The notes: generated by a model from the letters alone, not told the origin. A stretch of 60,452 nt of DNA, filler included, from Diploschistes diacapsis (GCA_023645945.1; 6 parts of 6 records of this genome joined end to end with filler, not necessarily neighbours in it), one strand, 5' to 3'. Positions 23,401 to 37,977 are shown, numbered from the whole stretch's first letter. Program-made: numbers and translations.

Positions 23401-24663
23401 TCATCTTCTCGTAGGCTGATTGCTTCCGGAATCGCTGGAAGATGTCAAGCCCCTCTCGAATTCGGCCATGCTCGGTAGAACGCTCTGGGACTGCGCTGAA
23501 GATGCAACACCACTCAAGGACACCGCTGGGGTAGCGGGAGTGTTCTCGGACTCTCCCTGCGAGCCTGCGCTGCTGCCTCTTGCTCTTGGAGGTCCAGGCT
23601 CGACCATATGTTGATAACTCATCAACTGCTCAACGTATCCGGCGTTTAACGTTCCGAGGCTGGAGGGTCCTGGGTGGAATTGTGCTGCAGCATGGGGCGG
23701 AGCTGGGGCTGGCGGTGGAGGTTGGGTTGATAGCGACTGAGCGCTCGCTAATGAAAAAGGAACGACACCCGCCCTTCTGGCCATATCGGCTTCCCCCAAC
23801 TGCCAGTGCATTGCTTCCGCGGCTCGCCATGGGACACCGAGCTCGGCGGCCAAGGGAGCCCACATCTCTGGTTTCAGTCTGAGTCTCATCAGCTATCAGC
23901 TCTGGGAAATTTGGTCGCGTCATTCGGGCCGTAATGCTTACCTTTCATACAGCCTTGCTAGTCGATTCTTCTTCTCCTCATCCCACTCGCTGCGTCGCTC
24001 GAGATAGTTTTGATAATGCAGCCTGCAGCTTATAGCGCTTCGTCCCGGCAACCGTTTGGAAATGTCATCCCACTTCATGCCCGTGCCTCTGAGCTCAATG
24101 ATAATAGCGTCTTCTTCGGGCGTCCACTTTGATTGTCTCTTGGCGGGTGCTGGCTGGGTCGGAGGAGAGTTGGGTCTTGGCCGTTTTGTCGGCGGATTGA
24201 AATTGATGGGTACAAGAGGTTGCTGCTGCGGGCTCGAAAAGCGAGGTTGCGAAGCATAGTGCTGGGGCGGACGGCGTTGGTATGGGGAGGGATTGGAGGT
24301 CAGTAAAGGCGGAAGGATTGGCCTGTGATGCGACGGAGCTTGAACTTCCATGGGATCTCTGCCTGTGGGCAGCACGGTCGCGAAGCCGGAAGCTTGAGCA
24401 GTCGGGACAATGTTGGAAGTGATCGCGGCAGAAATGGTCGAAGATGTTGAGCCACGATGAGATCCCTCGAGGGCATGCTGTTGAACGGATAAAGCAGGCA
24501 CGGAGCTTGAGCGGGCTAAAAGCATGTACTCTTCAGAATGTGTGCCCCTTGCGGTCTCTCGTGGAGTAGACGATGGTGTAGAAGGAGAGGGGCTGGGGGT
24601 GGGCTTGAGAAGGAGAGATATGTCCAGCTTGGCGGTGGTAAGAACGACCGGTTCTTGAAGCAT
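23401..24663 (-). CDS. Myb-like DNA-binding transcription factor (Pezizomycotina MYT-type), 2 exons; start codon uncertain (ATG 24663 or CTG 24627)
   Basis: KRQSKWTPEEDAIIIELRGTGMKWDDISKRLPGRSAISCRLHYQNYLERRSEWDEEKKNRLARLYER|LKPEMWAPLAAELGVPWRAAEAMHWQLGEADMARRAGV. Intron 23941-23879 (GTAAGC..CAG); stop at 23401. Confidence 0.9.
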
Positions 24664-26714
24664 CGGTTGAAGGAAGGCGTGGATGGGAAGGAGAGGGAGA
24701 GATGGCCAGGATAGGGGCCCGGCCGCGCCGTGCACAGGCTCAATGGATTAGAACTCCGTGAGGCGTTATTGAGAATTCGAGCTCAACCACTGCGATGCGG
24801 GAGAACGTTGAACGTGAGCTGTTCGGCGTTGGGACGGTTGCAGCCGTGAACTTTGCTGAACCCCTTCCGGAATCCTGCCTGAATTCCTCGAGCGGATGGT
24901 ACGATATCCAATATCCGATTCAGCGAGCTGCAAGCGCTTCTTCTCAGTGGATGAATGCTGTTCCCGTCCTGCTTTGTAGGAATTTATCCGCCTCTGAGAA
25001 CTCAATGAGCTCTGCATCATTAGTGCCGTTCCTGCCAGTCGCAGAGCAGAGCATACAACGGATTTCAAAGGCTAGGTGACGAAGCTCACAAGTAGCAGAG
25101 TTGAATCCAACAGGGCTCCAGAAGAAGGCTGTGATATGTACGCATAAATATGTATTGAAAGCTGATTGGGAAAAAAACGACGCTTTGGGTAGCAAGCTGC
25201 TATATGATCCACTGGGGACACTTTCGGAGGCAGGAACAGTCGCGAATCTCGATTTATTCAAATCCAAGTTGGGGAGGGCACGCTGGGAGGTATTTCGCAG
25301 GCCATTTTCAGATTTTAGGAGGTACTGGCCGGAAAAAGTAGCTTACTCCGCTAAATGTTCGTGTGAAGGAAACTGGCTACCGCCGTGAAAAGGGGCCTGA
25401 CCCGGTTGAGCCTGGGTAGGGGGGCGGGCTCTAGCAAGGACATGTGTGATAAGCCGGGCTCCAGGGCTTGCAGATCTGGGGTTCTCAAGGATGTGAATTG
25501 AGTGAAAACCCATTTTCTAAGGATGCTGTGATGTCGATGGTTCGGTCGCGGCACAAGAGGGTTTGAGGGCAGTTTCGAGTTAGTCCTTTTGAGCACAGAC
25601 TTAGGTTGCGATGAGATAGGGTTAGTTTAGACGGACAGGTAAGTGGTGGAAGAAAGCTTAATTGAAATGTCATTTGGACAAGGAACAACGGCCTGGAGTC
25701 TGAACCAGACATTCAAGAGGGGAAGGTGATGGAACTGATGAAGGCCGTACACTAGACAAAAAGAGTAGTATAGAGGAGGAGTTATTGAATTCAGGCTCTA
25801 GTTGGGTGTGCGTGTCTGTGCGCAGCAGCAAGCTAACTCCTCGGATGTTTCGTTACTCGTACCGTGACGGCTGCTGGTGCACTAGTGCTTCGTCAGCTAA
25901 CTCGAGGGCGGGGCTTTTTTTCTTTCAAAAATACATGGATTGTTACCAGATAGTGACACAAGCGGTACCATAAGCTTCCATTTTACGCTTGTTTTACGCT
26001 TTCTGGCGAGACAGCCCTGAAGAGCCGGATGATTCAGCCCTGGCGACTCACGTATTCTTGTCTCAACTACATGTAATAGCAGGAGCAGTAGGTGACTAGT
26101 TAGCATTCCCTCCCCTTAAAACGCCATTGCTATATACAAGGAATCCCACGAGGCCGCTATACGCTATACGCCATCCATCCGTCGGAGCTGCAGGGCGGAC
26201 GCAACGGGCATCCTCTCAGAAATTAGTTTGAACGCATCTACCACGAACCAAACGGCAAATACCTACTAATGATGTGCTATTTACCTTGGTTTCATATCAG
26301 AGTATGCGTATGCCTCGTACTATGTACGTACCTGGTAGCTCGGAAGGAGGATGGAGAATGGCCTGCGCCACGTTCACGTACTATTCAGAGCTTTACGTTT
26401 ACCTATTAAAAATGCACGTATAAACTGTTCCCAGGAGCGCTTCCGGTGTGCGAGCCGTGTGAGTGCCCATAAATAAATAGTGTGTTTCATACAATGTCTC
26501 TAGAATCCACTGGGCGGTGCCCAAAAGCTCATGAAGGGCCATCAAGGGAAACCACCCCACAACATACTTGCGAGAGCACTGCACGTGTACGAAGAACAAC
26601 CCTTCAGTGCGCAAAGCAAAGCGTGCTAACGTTTCAACAAGGCTGGGAGTTCTGTGGAACTTGAAACCCTTTTGGGATTAAAAATGACGGGACAACTTTG
26701 TTGCGTGGCACTGC

Positions 26715-26753
26715 TTCCGAAATGCTTTTCCGAAATGCTTTTCCGAAATGCTT
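26715..26753. repeat. Perfect 13-bp tandem repeat x3 (TTCCGAAATGCTT)
   Basis: Units at 26715, 26728 and 26741. Confidence 0.9.
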
Positions 26754-29700
26754 AGAACTTCGATACGAAGCTGCTTCTCTTCCCTGACAATGTCAAAGAG
26801 CTTGAGGATTCTACTCGTAAGATCAAGGGCTTAAATATAGGATCTTAGGCATGGGTTAGTGCTGGTGGGATCCTTGCTTGGGCTTGCATGCTGTTTAAGT
26901 GCAGAGGGCATGAAGTGATGCATTGTAAGGCTTTAATGAAGTCTTGAAGCAATAAATAATAAATCGAATTGCTACTATGCCGGCGCCACTTTGCAATTTC
27001 TAAAAATGAGCCACAGGTGGCTTGACTCTACTCTTGCACTCGCTTATAGGTCCTACTACCTAGTTGCCTTTGTGAAGGATAGTCTGATGCTTTTGATTTG
27101 AGAACAAGAGGATAATAACGGATTCAAGCAGCATCATTGTATTGTCCTGCAGCCTAACGTTCTGGATCCGAAGTGTAAAGGTCATTATAGTCAGCAACTT
27201 GGTGGTTACTGAAGACATCATCAGGCGGTGTAGGAACACTCGGCTTCGGATACTTACTTAACGCGGTCAACTTCGCCTGAACAGCAACAGCAACAGCAAC
27301 AGCAACGTTCACGAAAAAACAAGAGGTTTGGGACGCAATAGCGCGAACCGCTCCCAGAATAGGCTTGCCACTAAACTACAGTTAGGTGCTTATGTGGCCA
27401 AGTCTCAGAACGTCCAATCTCAAACGTGCGGCAGCAAAGCCAGTCTTAGGTCCACGCAGTGCAGTTTTACCTTTACAACGGACGTTGGTGGTGTCTCGAG
27501 AATTGAGCGCATCTATTGTCAAGCTCTTAGCGTCTATGCTGGCCAGCTGCATCCGAGATCCTGTAGTTGTCCGAGGAATGGAGAAACGCTAGTCAGCGTG
27601 TCTATCATCTCACATAAACATCCGGAACTATTTCGAGCATTCGGAAAAACCGAGTGCTCATACATGCGATTACCAGCAAGATTGTTAGTCAGGCATCGTC
27701 ATCTTGTCAAAAGGAAAACCCTGAAGCCCCAGAACTCGGTCCAAGTGCTGCACTGATAAGGTTATAGAGCATTCCCTTGTTGTTCTGTGTTCGGACTGCT
27801 TGTCTATCTAATGTGCTGAGATCTGAAAGGCGCAGGTCCTTTCTGACGGTCAACCGCTTGATTGCATATGCTGCACGTCGAACATCATCAGGCAATATGA
27901 GCATTTGACCAAGAGCTGGGGAAGGGCCAATAGGATCTAAACCTGTCCTAGTCTACGTGTTGTCTACTGATAACACTAGACCCCTAATGACTCGCTCCAG
28001 CTCGCTCGGCTTTTCAGTGCAAAGACATTCAAGTCTATAGGTTGGCTGGAATCGAGCGTTGCCCATTGTTTTTATTACGCCACACGTCCATCATTCATCG
28101 TCCCTTTGAAATGACGGCGTGACAAAGGATCACTGCGGTACCACAATGCTACTGTTCATGACAACCCCCACTGATACTAGCCTTGAGCGCGGCGGTGCAA
28201 CGAGCTTCCAGAATACTCGAAATGAGCTGACTACCAGGTGATTCAATCGAGTTCTTATTTGAGTTTTCACGCTAATGGCAGGCGAGAAAACTGTTTTGTT
28301 CCCGCGATGGGCTTCGGCAGTATCGCAAATGTGTTAAACGGATCTATTAACGCGTCGAACGCTAGCTGATCTCATTCCATCTCAGGCGCTACGTGAGAGA
28401 TCTCCGTAGCCTATGTGATGATACTTCCCGCTCGGAGTGGAGCCCTTAACTTGAAGCCTTGGTAGCTCCCCTGCAACACCGCGTTTGGCAGCTGCAATTT
28501 AGGTAAGACAAAAAAGGACCAGATTCTGATAGGAAGCAGGTCGACGTGGCTCGCACGCTGCTAAACATTAGACCACCGTTCGGAAGGTAGCATGATACAG
28601 GTGTGGTGGAACAGTGATCACGAGGTAAGCGATAATGGCAGGATATGCTGCGAACGAAAGAGCGGTCAGGAAAGCTATGGTATACTCCAAACAATGCCTG
28701 TTATGTGCATATCAAAGGAAGCCAAAGCGGACTTCTTCACAGGCGACAGCACGTGCAGCAGATGCCCGTGCTGCCATTGCCCGTTCGGGTTCTTGCATGT
28801 CATGCTGCGAGGCCGTACGATTTTACCTGTAGCCGAGATTCTGACCGTCGCACAAGAGTCCGATCTTGGTCGAATGAGCGAAGTTTCCATGACTGGACGT
28901 CCTCGGCCCTTGCTTGCAAGGCTGCAAGGGCGCGGAGGAGATTAACGGTGACCGAGATGCACACGCAGTTTTGCGTAATCCCGTCTAAATCCTGCAGAAA
29001 CAACCAAGTCAATATGATAACCAGGCTATGCGCACGCCTTAGCGAGCAGATCTCTGAGCTTGGCATTGATAGATAGGTAGATCGTATGAAAAACAAGAAA
29101 ACCAAATCTGACGCGTCCAAGAAGGTTGCATGTGCTTTTTCTGGAAGTGGTCTAGCAGTGGGTAGCGCAGGAAAGGACAGTAGAAGGCGAGATGATTCAG
29201 GAGCACCACCGGCTCTCCACCCTGTCCACATATAGTGTGCCTGCCAAGCTGCTTAGCTCATATCCAGTTTTCATGGGAATTGGTATGCATTACATATACG
29301 AGCCACAGCTGACATTGCCGCAAAAACATTATCGAGATATTGATGATGTAGATAGCCTAAACAGTGATGCATTAAGCTCTAAATATGAGCTCCAAAGTGT
29401 ATGGAGAAGAGTGAATTTCAGAATAGATAATGAGAGATATTATCACGTGACATGGACTTGTGTGCGCTACCAAATGACTGGAGAAAAGCTTAAGGAAACG
29501 CATATACAAAGTTGTATGGGACCTAACTTAGCGTATATGCAGATTAGTTGTCAGCCCTATAGCCAATACCGAATTCGATCCTGCTGTGATACTCAAAGAG
29601 TAAAGTTCCATCAAGAAAGATTTCCTAATTAAGAAATTATTTTGTGTGCTCATCTCGGTGTCGCTAAATATCTTTGGACTGAACCCTAATAATACATTGT

Positions 29701-30009
29701 TCCACCTCCTGCGACGGAGGGTGTGGTTGAAGCTGCATAGCAGAGAGGAGATCAGGCAGACCAGGCAAGAACCACGTCAACCTTGGACCGTCCGCCGCAG
29801 CACAACCCTGGGAGGAATCATCCCCCCTCAAAAGGCAATCAAAAGGAGACATCGCCACAGCCCAATACCTCGAAAGGCCATTACTATCGCCAGCACTATT
29901 ACCATCAGCACACAATCGAACCAACTACCTAAACCAGCCAGCCAACCAGCTCCACCACCCCTTCATCTTCCCCGCGCCCGTCCCCATAAAAAGAAAGAGA
30001 CTCAACACG

Positions 30010-30198
30010 ATGTCCCTCCGCACCGCCACCGACATCCCCCTCCTGATCTCCTGCCCAACAACCAACATCCGCACCGAACGCCGCATAACCCCCTCCTGGA
30101 CCCTCTCCCTCCTGAAAACAAAGCTCGAGCCAATAACCGGCATCCCCCCCTCCTGCCAGTCCCTCATTCTCCACCTCCCAGGCCGCGCGCCCATTCCC
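30010..30198 (+). CDS. alp11: Tubulin-folding cofactor B (Alp11/Alf1), N-terminal ubiquitin-like domain; cut off by the contig end
   Basis: MSLRTATDIPLLIS...TERRITPSWTLSLLKTKLEPITGIPPSCQSLIL matches the fungal TBCB N-terminus. Confidence 0.85.
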
Positions 30199-30298
30199 NN
30201 NNNNNNNNNNNNNNNNNNNNNNNNNNNNNNNNNNNNNNNNNNTTAATTAATTAANNNNNNNNNNNNNNNNNNNNNNNNNNNNNNNNNNNNNNNNNNNN
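30199..30298. other. Artificial contig spacer
   Basis: N44-TTAATTAATTAA-N44. Confidence 0.98.
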
Positions 30299-32071
30299 CC
30301 CCTCGTACCTCACCCTGCCTGGAACGGGTACGGCAGCCCCTGCCTCTCCCACCCCTCCACCCCGCTCACCGCACCATCCTTCACATACTTCGTCGCCGTC
30401 AAATGTTCCGGCCCAACCCTCATCTCCGGCCACCGCACCATCGCCAGGAGCACGTCATGCCCCGCCTTCTCGAACCCAGGCACGCCGTGCGTCCAGTTGT
30501 TCGGCGTCGGACTGCCCGCCTGCCCGAAACAGAAGAACGCCCAGACAAGGGACGGTGTGGAGGAGCCGCAGTGGCCCATCCTGGGAGCGAGGAAGAGTTT
30601 GTAGAAGTCTTCTAGCGTGCGCGTTGCGTTTGATTGGGAGGTACCCCCCAGTAGTGTTGGTGGCAGATGAGAAAGAAGAAGATATGCTGCGCAGCACGTG
30701 GTTATAGGAGTAGTTGGTGCTGCCCGTCGGGATGAGCGGGTCCGCGAGGCCGTGGTACATGATCAGCTTGCCGCCTTATCTCTAAAAGCGCTGAGGTCGA
30801 AGCCGTCGGCATTTACCATGCCAGGGTTCAGCCGGTCGGCGAGCTGGATGATGCTGTAGTCGAGGTCCATGTAGGACCAGTTTGTGTTGTTCAGCAGGAA
30901 GTTCTGCAGCCATAAAGTGCCGAGGGGGGCCGGTGCGTTGGTGACGTCGGTGCAAGCGAGGGGGGTCGGGTCTACGCCCAGGGCTAGGTGTGAGAAATCA
31001 AAGGTTTGGTTGGTGTCGATGTAGTTGCTGTAGATGTGGTATAAGGTGTCGAGTTGCGGCGAGATGAGGCAGGAGTTCTGGTTTGCGAAGGGCAGGCTCA
31101 ACTTGCAGAGAAGAGCTTCGGGGTAGCAAGAATAGGTTAGGGATTTGCTATGAGGCCACCTTGACGCCATCCTGGGGATCGCATTGCCAGGGGATCTCCG
31201 CTAGGATGGTAGGAAACAAAGCGTTTGGGAATATGTTTGGGAGAAGAGGTTGGAAGGTTGTGCAGCGTAACTTGCAGGGATCAGGGTTGAAGATGAGACG
31301 TCCACCATGTGGGGGCGCCGGCAATGACACCGTCGAAATCGGACGGGATCACTTGGATCTCCTTGAGGCCCTAGTGGCCGCCCGTGCTGCAGGAAGAGTA
31401 ATAGGAGTGGGTTATGGGCGAGTAGTAGTAGGATTGGATGATGGATTTGGAGAGGACGACAGAGCCATGCATCGCTCTGCAAGCCCAATCTGTTGTGCTT
31501 CCGGGATGGTCCAGGACCCAAGAGCAATCAAAGATGTTGGAGATGTTGCCGGTGTCGGTTCCCATACCTGCGAAGCCATACTGCGTGAAGCTGCCCCTGC
31601 GAGTCTCGTGTATAAGTCAGCATAGCCTATCCTTCATCCCACCGCACAGGACTGAGTTTAGAGCGAGATAATCCGGATACATTATGCAGAACAAATATAT
31701 CGAATCGTATTGGGATTGGCCTACATATCGGGGTAATTGATTCCTCCTCCAAACTCGCCATTGCCTGCGGTAAGGAACCGTGAGTTCCATTGCTTCGGTA
31801 AGAACAGCCCGAAATTGTAGGATGATGTCGCTGAGGACTTAACATTGACTTAGATGGCACATAGTTCAGGGAGGTTAGTGGCGTTGATAGGATATGAAAG
31901 ATCGCTAAGTGCTTGGCCAAAGGATCCATTCTGAGGCATATAAACGGCAAAGTTGAGCGTAGCGTTGCTTGGTATAATAACTGAAATCGCAGATGAAGTA
32001 CATTGAACAGAAACTAGCCCTGCACTGAAGAAGCTGGAGGCAGCAAGGAACCACAAAAAATCAGACCACAT
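30299..32071 (-). pseudogene. Tannase/feruloyl esterase family pseudogene
   Basis: Signal peptide MWSDFLWFLAASS, FGLFLPKQWNSRFLTAGNG, GTDTG, DWACRAMH, SCSTGGH*GLKEIQ..DFDGVIAGAP, YHGLADPLIP, PRMGHC, HDVLLAMVRW. In-frame stops at 31850 and 31371 and several frameshifts. Confidence 0.9.
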
Positions 32072-32845
32072 TTTGCAGGTATACTCCCTCACGATAACTC
32101 AGAGATATCAACATCGTCACAAAAAGCTAGTAGCGTCCATGTACTTATATGGACTCGAGTGAACTACAGCATCCGACTCCGCAATTTAACCGAAGCTCCA
32201 TCGGCTCGGATTTGGGAAGAGCAGTGAAACTCTCATCACATTGCTTTCGGCAAAGGTGTCTTATAGAGCCTGGGAGAGAACTTTGTAGGGGACTTACTGT
32301 ACAACAAATGTCTGGGATTTTGTATCGGCATTCTTATCGGCTTGGTTGAGCAGGCATGGAAGTCGTATCGGTATCGCGATGCTTCTGGGAGTCATGACCA
32401 TAAATGGGAAATGTAACATCCGATGGCCGAGTGTGCGGATGCGGGATAATCCTGCAATACAGAGTGATTTGCCAAAATTCAGGGGTTAGAGACAGTAATG
32501 ACATGCTTTCGGCACAGTTTTTGTTCGTAGAGAACCGAAAATGTAAGTCTTTCGTTATATTTTCAGATCTTTTAACCCAGTTCATCTAGGCATACATCTG
32601 TGTGAGTTGCTCATAAATGGGTCATGATTGAGCTCGCGTGAATTTTTCATACCTTAATATCAAGTTCGAGAGATTGATCCCCGGAAAGAGTACTTCAATT
32701 CCAGTATTCCCTACTTTGCGTAGTAATTGCGCTAGATTGCTGGTGCCCAACTGGTATGTAGCGGAACCGGAGCGACCTGTGTATGCTTGGTGCCTTCATC
32801 TATCATCCTCTTCTTGCACGTACAGTACATTACTGAGCAGAGCCT

Positions 32846-34456
<1,611 letters not shown>

Positions 34457-35081
34457 GCTGGGCTTGGTTGGGCTCTGAGCTTGTCCGCAAGATCCACAAC
34501 CTGGAATTAGGACATCAACTTTGCTACATATGCCCGAATTGCCTTTGCGACGTCTAGAATTCCAGATCACGGATCTTCCGGATATTTCCCTTTAACTCCA
34601 GAGAGGCGGTGGAGTGGGGTTCTGATGTTCCCACAAAGAGCTAGCCAAGAAGACAGAAATATGCACCGGCTTCACCCCTCTTGCGGACAAGGCCTGGCTG
34701 ATCCGAGGTCAAAATTGCACACTGCTGGTATCATTTGAATTAGGCGCCTTGGTAATATAAATTGCAGTAAGTAGACAGTGTATGCGGCTAGACCGAAACA
34801 ATGTTTTGCTAGGTACTTACATGCACAAAGTCATCGCAATCTGAGCTCCTTAGTATCTGTGCTTCCGCTCTCGTCTTTAGTAGATGGCATAGCATAAGTT
34901 TTGTCTGACAGGCATTACTACATACTCTGTTCTCAAACCTACGTATTCTCTAAGTAACATGTCCAGGTACCCCGACAGAGCGCTCCGCACTTTAAACCAA
35001 AATTACTCTGTCGTGCTCACAAATATTCTCGCGATGCGTTGAAGTAGCTCGAGTATGATTCTCAGAATGCGATGGAGGCTC

Positions 35082-35527
35082 TCATGCCTGCTTAATCTCT
35101 CTACGTACTTCCATTCATTCTGGCGGCATTAAAAGCACCCAAACCCAAAATAGAGCCCCGGAATCAAATGCCACAAGAAAGTTTTCAACATCGCAGAGTC
35201 CATGCCGCTGCTGTCGGAACGGCTCACCTGGCATAACATCACAGGACCAACAGCGAAGTCTCCTAAAACGAGCACAGTAGCGACCAATGGGCGCCTCTCG
35301 ATTCCAGCCTTGGAATTCGGCAGCGCCAGGACCATTGACACTGCAACGATCACCACATAGGCCCCGAGCCACTGTAACAATGACAACGAAACTGGATCTG
35401 GCTGAGAAGATTCTTTAGAGGCAGAGGCGCTGATGTAAGGCAAAACAGCGTGCTGGCGGAAGATAAGAAAGCCCGCCATGGCGATGCTGCAAGCGGCTTC
35501 CAAAGCTAGGCAAGCCCGGACGGGCAT
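35082..35527 (-). pseudogene. Small multi-pass membrane protein of a fungal hypothetical family; C-terminus apparently frameshifted
   Basis: Hydrophobic helices (ACLALEAACSIAMAGFLIF, LLQWLGAYVVIVAVSMVLALPN, RPLVATVLVLGD). The likely tail ALFWVWVLLMPPE*(W)ME lies in a different frame and contains a TGA. It could instead be an intact shorter CDS ending at 35129. Confidence 0.5.
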
Positions 35528-36489
35528 GGCGCAGTTGGAAGGATCAAGCTGGATGAGTACGGAAGGCAAGCGAAGGACAAGCGAACTTCGATTTCGGGAC
35601 TAAAACCATGATGAAGATGGACTGGAGATTGTCTTCTGTCGCTTTGCTTGTAAGGTGAAGTCGGGAATGTCCAGCGGTATTGATGTGAGGTATCTCAGGG
35701 ACCGTGTGTAAGTGAACAGGTAAGATGGTCGAGTAGTACTTGCTTGTTTCAAAGCAAGAAAGACAAAATACGAATACTTTGCCCTCCCTTTTTAAGATCT
35801 TCAATCAGTACACTGTTGAGTCTTAAGTTATACTGTGGATTTGCGAGGTTCTACTGGATCTATGTGACATATGATATTATCAGCACTCCGGAATCCTCCG
35901 AGCCATTCAGTCTGGACCCGATCTTATTTAGCCATCTTTCGAGATGTCGGATCGACTTTGCTCGGAATCTCAGTATTAGCTACTGAGGGTGAGAATGGCA
36001 AGACTCGGAGCAGGTGCCACGAGCACGGACAAGAGATATGCTTGCGCAAGAAGTCCCACCAGTAGCCACAACATTAGTATTCAGGCGATGACGATGGGTA
36101 GGTTCTCCCAAGCTAGGCTGCGCCTGCATTAGAGTCACGGTACGCCTAGAAAGTTAGGTATGCAAATAATACGACTCTCAATGGACTATTCAATTTCACC
36201 CTTTGTTGTTCCTCATATCGTGATCTGCAAGGGCAGTCACATATGCTAACGGAGCTCTTGTAGGATTCAACGAGTGCTTGCGTACAAAATAAGGATGTAC
36301 ATTTCAAAAGTACTAGGATTGGCGATATTGGGTAGTAAGCTCGGCTGTCGCTTAATAGTTGGGATCTACAATGTACTCTGTCTATGAAAACCTGGTAGCG
36401 GCGCTACCAGCTTATCGAGAACCCAGTCTAGTTAGAAGGTGAGGTGATTCAAGTACTAGCGCACGGTAGGGTGGGAACTGGAATATTTG

Positions 36490-36560
36490 TATCCGTTTAA
36501 TTCAATACTGGCACGATCCTGTATTAGTCTAGCGGTTCTAAACTGGCGCTTTGTAATATC
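36490..36560 (+). repeat. Short dispersed repeat, copy 1 (related copy at 48785-48880)
   Basis: Shares the colinear blocks TTCAATACTGGCAC (36501-36514) and CTAAACTGGCGCTTT (36538-36552) with 48797-48810 and 48858-48872. Confidence 0.65.
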
Positions 36561-37119
36561 ATATGAGCAGACAGACGCCGGACTGCTGCCTGTTCTAGTA
36601 GCTTGTCAGGCCTAGTTGGAGGGTACGCAGACCCTTTTCAAAAACCCGTGAAATGTGCCATTCCACCCGTCGAGCTTTTCCACCAAGTTCCAAAGCTTTC
36701 TCAGCCTATCTCTCCGAATCGCTTTTGAATAAAGCTAATGGCGAATTTCAAGGATCTACTTTCCTAAATTTTGTCAAGTCCCATCGCAGAAATGGTGGGC
36801 ATTCTCGTGGGCAGCCTAGCACGGCTCGTCGTACTAGTCTGCTACTTGAAGATTTCCAAATGGAGAATGTGTGAGAAGGAGCAGGGGGACATGATTAGTC
36901 ATACAGAATGTATATAATCCGCTTACAGACATCTCTTGCAGAGCAATACAATCCTTCTTCTCCACCAACATAATTGACAGAATGAACTACCAGATAGCTG
37001 TACGAACTAATTTTCCCGTCTTTATTCTCCGTGAGCGCTCACACGGGCCACCCAAGTTCAATCATCGTTAATGCGAGCAGAATCGTCAAAAAGCATAAAT
37101 CTCTTCTTGGTAGGTGAAG

Positions 37120-37977
37120 TTTCCCTTCTGGGTAGAATCATTGCTGATTGAAATCAGAGGCTATTGTCCTATCAGCAGCTGATGAAGAGATTACTGGAAG
37201 GAAGGCTTTGCTGAATGAGAGCGTCTTAGGCAATATATTCTTCACCTTACTCGCTGGTCATGAGACTGCTGGATGTACAAAGGGCTTTGTCCTTGTGATG
37301 CTTGCCATCTACCCAGAATATCAGCGGCGGGTGCAAAAGCAATTCGATGAGCAGTTTAATGCACACCCGATGGAGAAAGGCTTTCAAGCTCTCCAGAAGG
37401 GCTACGTCGGAGCAGTCCAAAAGGAGGTCCTTTACCTCTACAACCCAGCATCATTCATTATGCGTAAGGTGGTCGAGACTGTTGATCTGGTCGATTGTCA
37501 CGGCAAATCCCACCGCGTCCCTGCTGGCACTCTTGCTTTAATCAATAACCCGGGCGCTGCTCGCAACCCCAACGTCTGGAAGAGACCTGAAATACCCCAA
37601 GCACGACGCACCGCACTGTCCAATTCACCTGCCTTATATTTCAATCCCGACAGATGGCTAGAGACCGATGACAGACCTGACGATGTTAAGAATGAGGTTC
37701 CAACTTGGCAGGCCTTCGGAGCTGGTGGAAGAGCCTGTCCTGGAAGGATGTTTGCACAAGTCGAGATGACAGCGATGATGGCAACCCTTTTCAAGAATCC
37801 CTCGCTAGAATTGGTTGTGGTCGAGTCTACTCTGCGAGAAGCCAAAGGGATGCAGATATAGCATGGGAAAGAACCAGAGACAAAGCGATCAGAATGATGT
37901 ATGATGACATCGAAACGAACATCAGCATTGGACTGAAAAAGGAGTTGCCGATCCGCATTGTCAAAAGAAGAAGCTGA
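37120..37977 (+). pseudogene. Cytochrome P450 pseudogene (C-terminal half only)
   Basis: I-helix LLAGHET, K-helix KEVLY (Arg of ExxR lost), FNPDRW, heme motif FGAGGRACPG. No N-terminal half or start codon is visible; frameshift near 37850. Confidence 0.88.

Noticed and set aside
31371..31373. Premature TAG rescued by A-to-I editing or readthrough
   Set aside because: The conserved residue is Gln, not Trp, and the gene also has a TAA stop and frameshifts.
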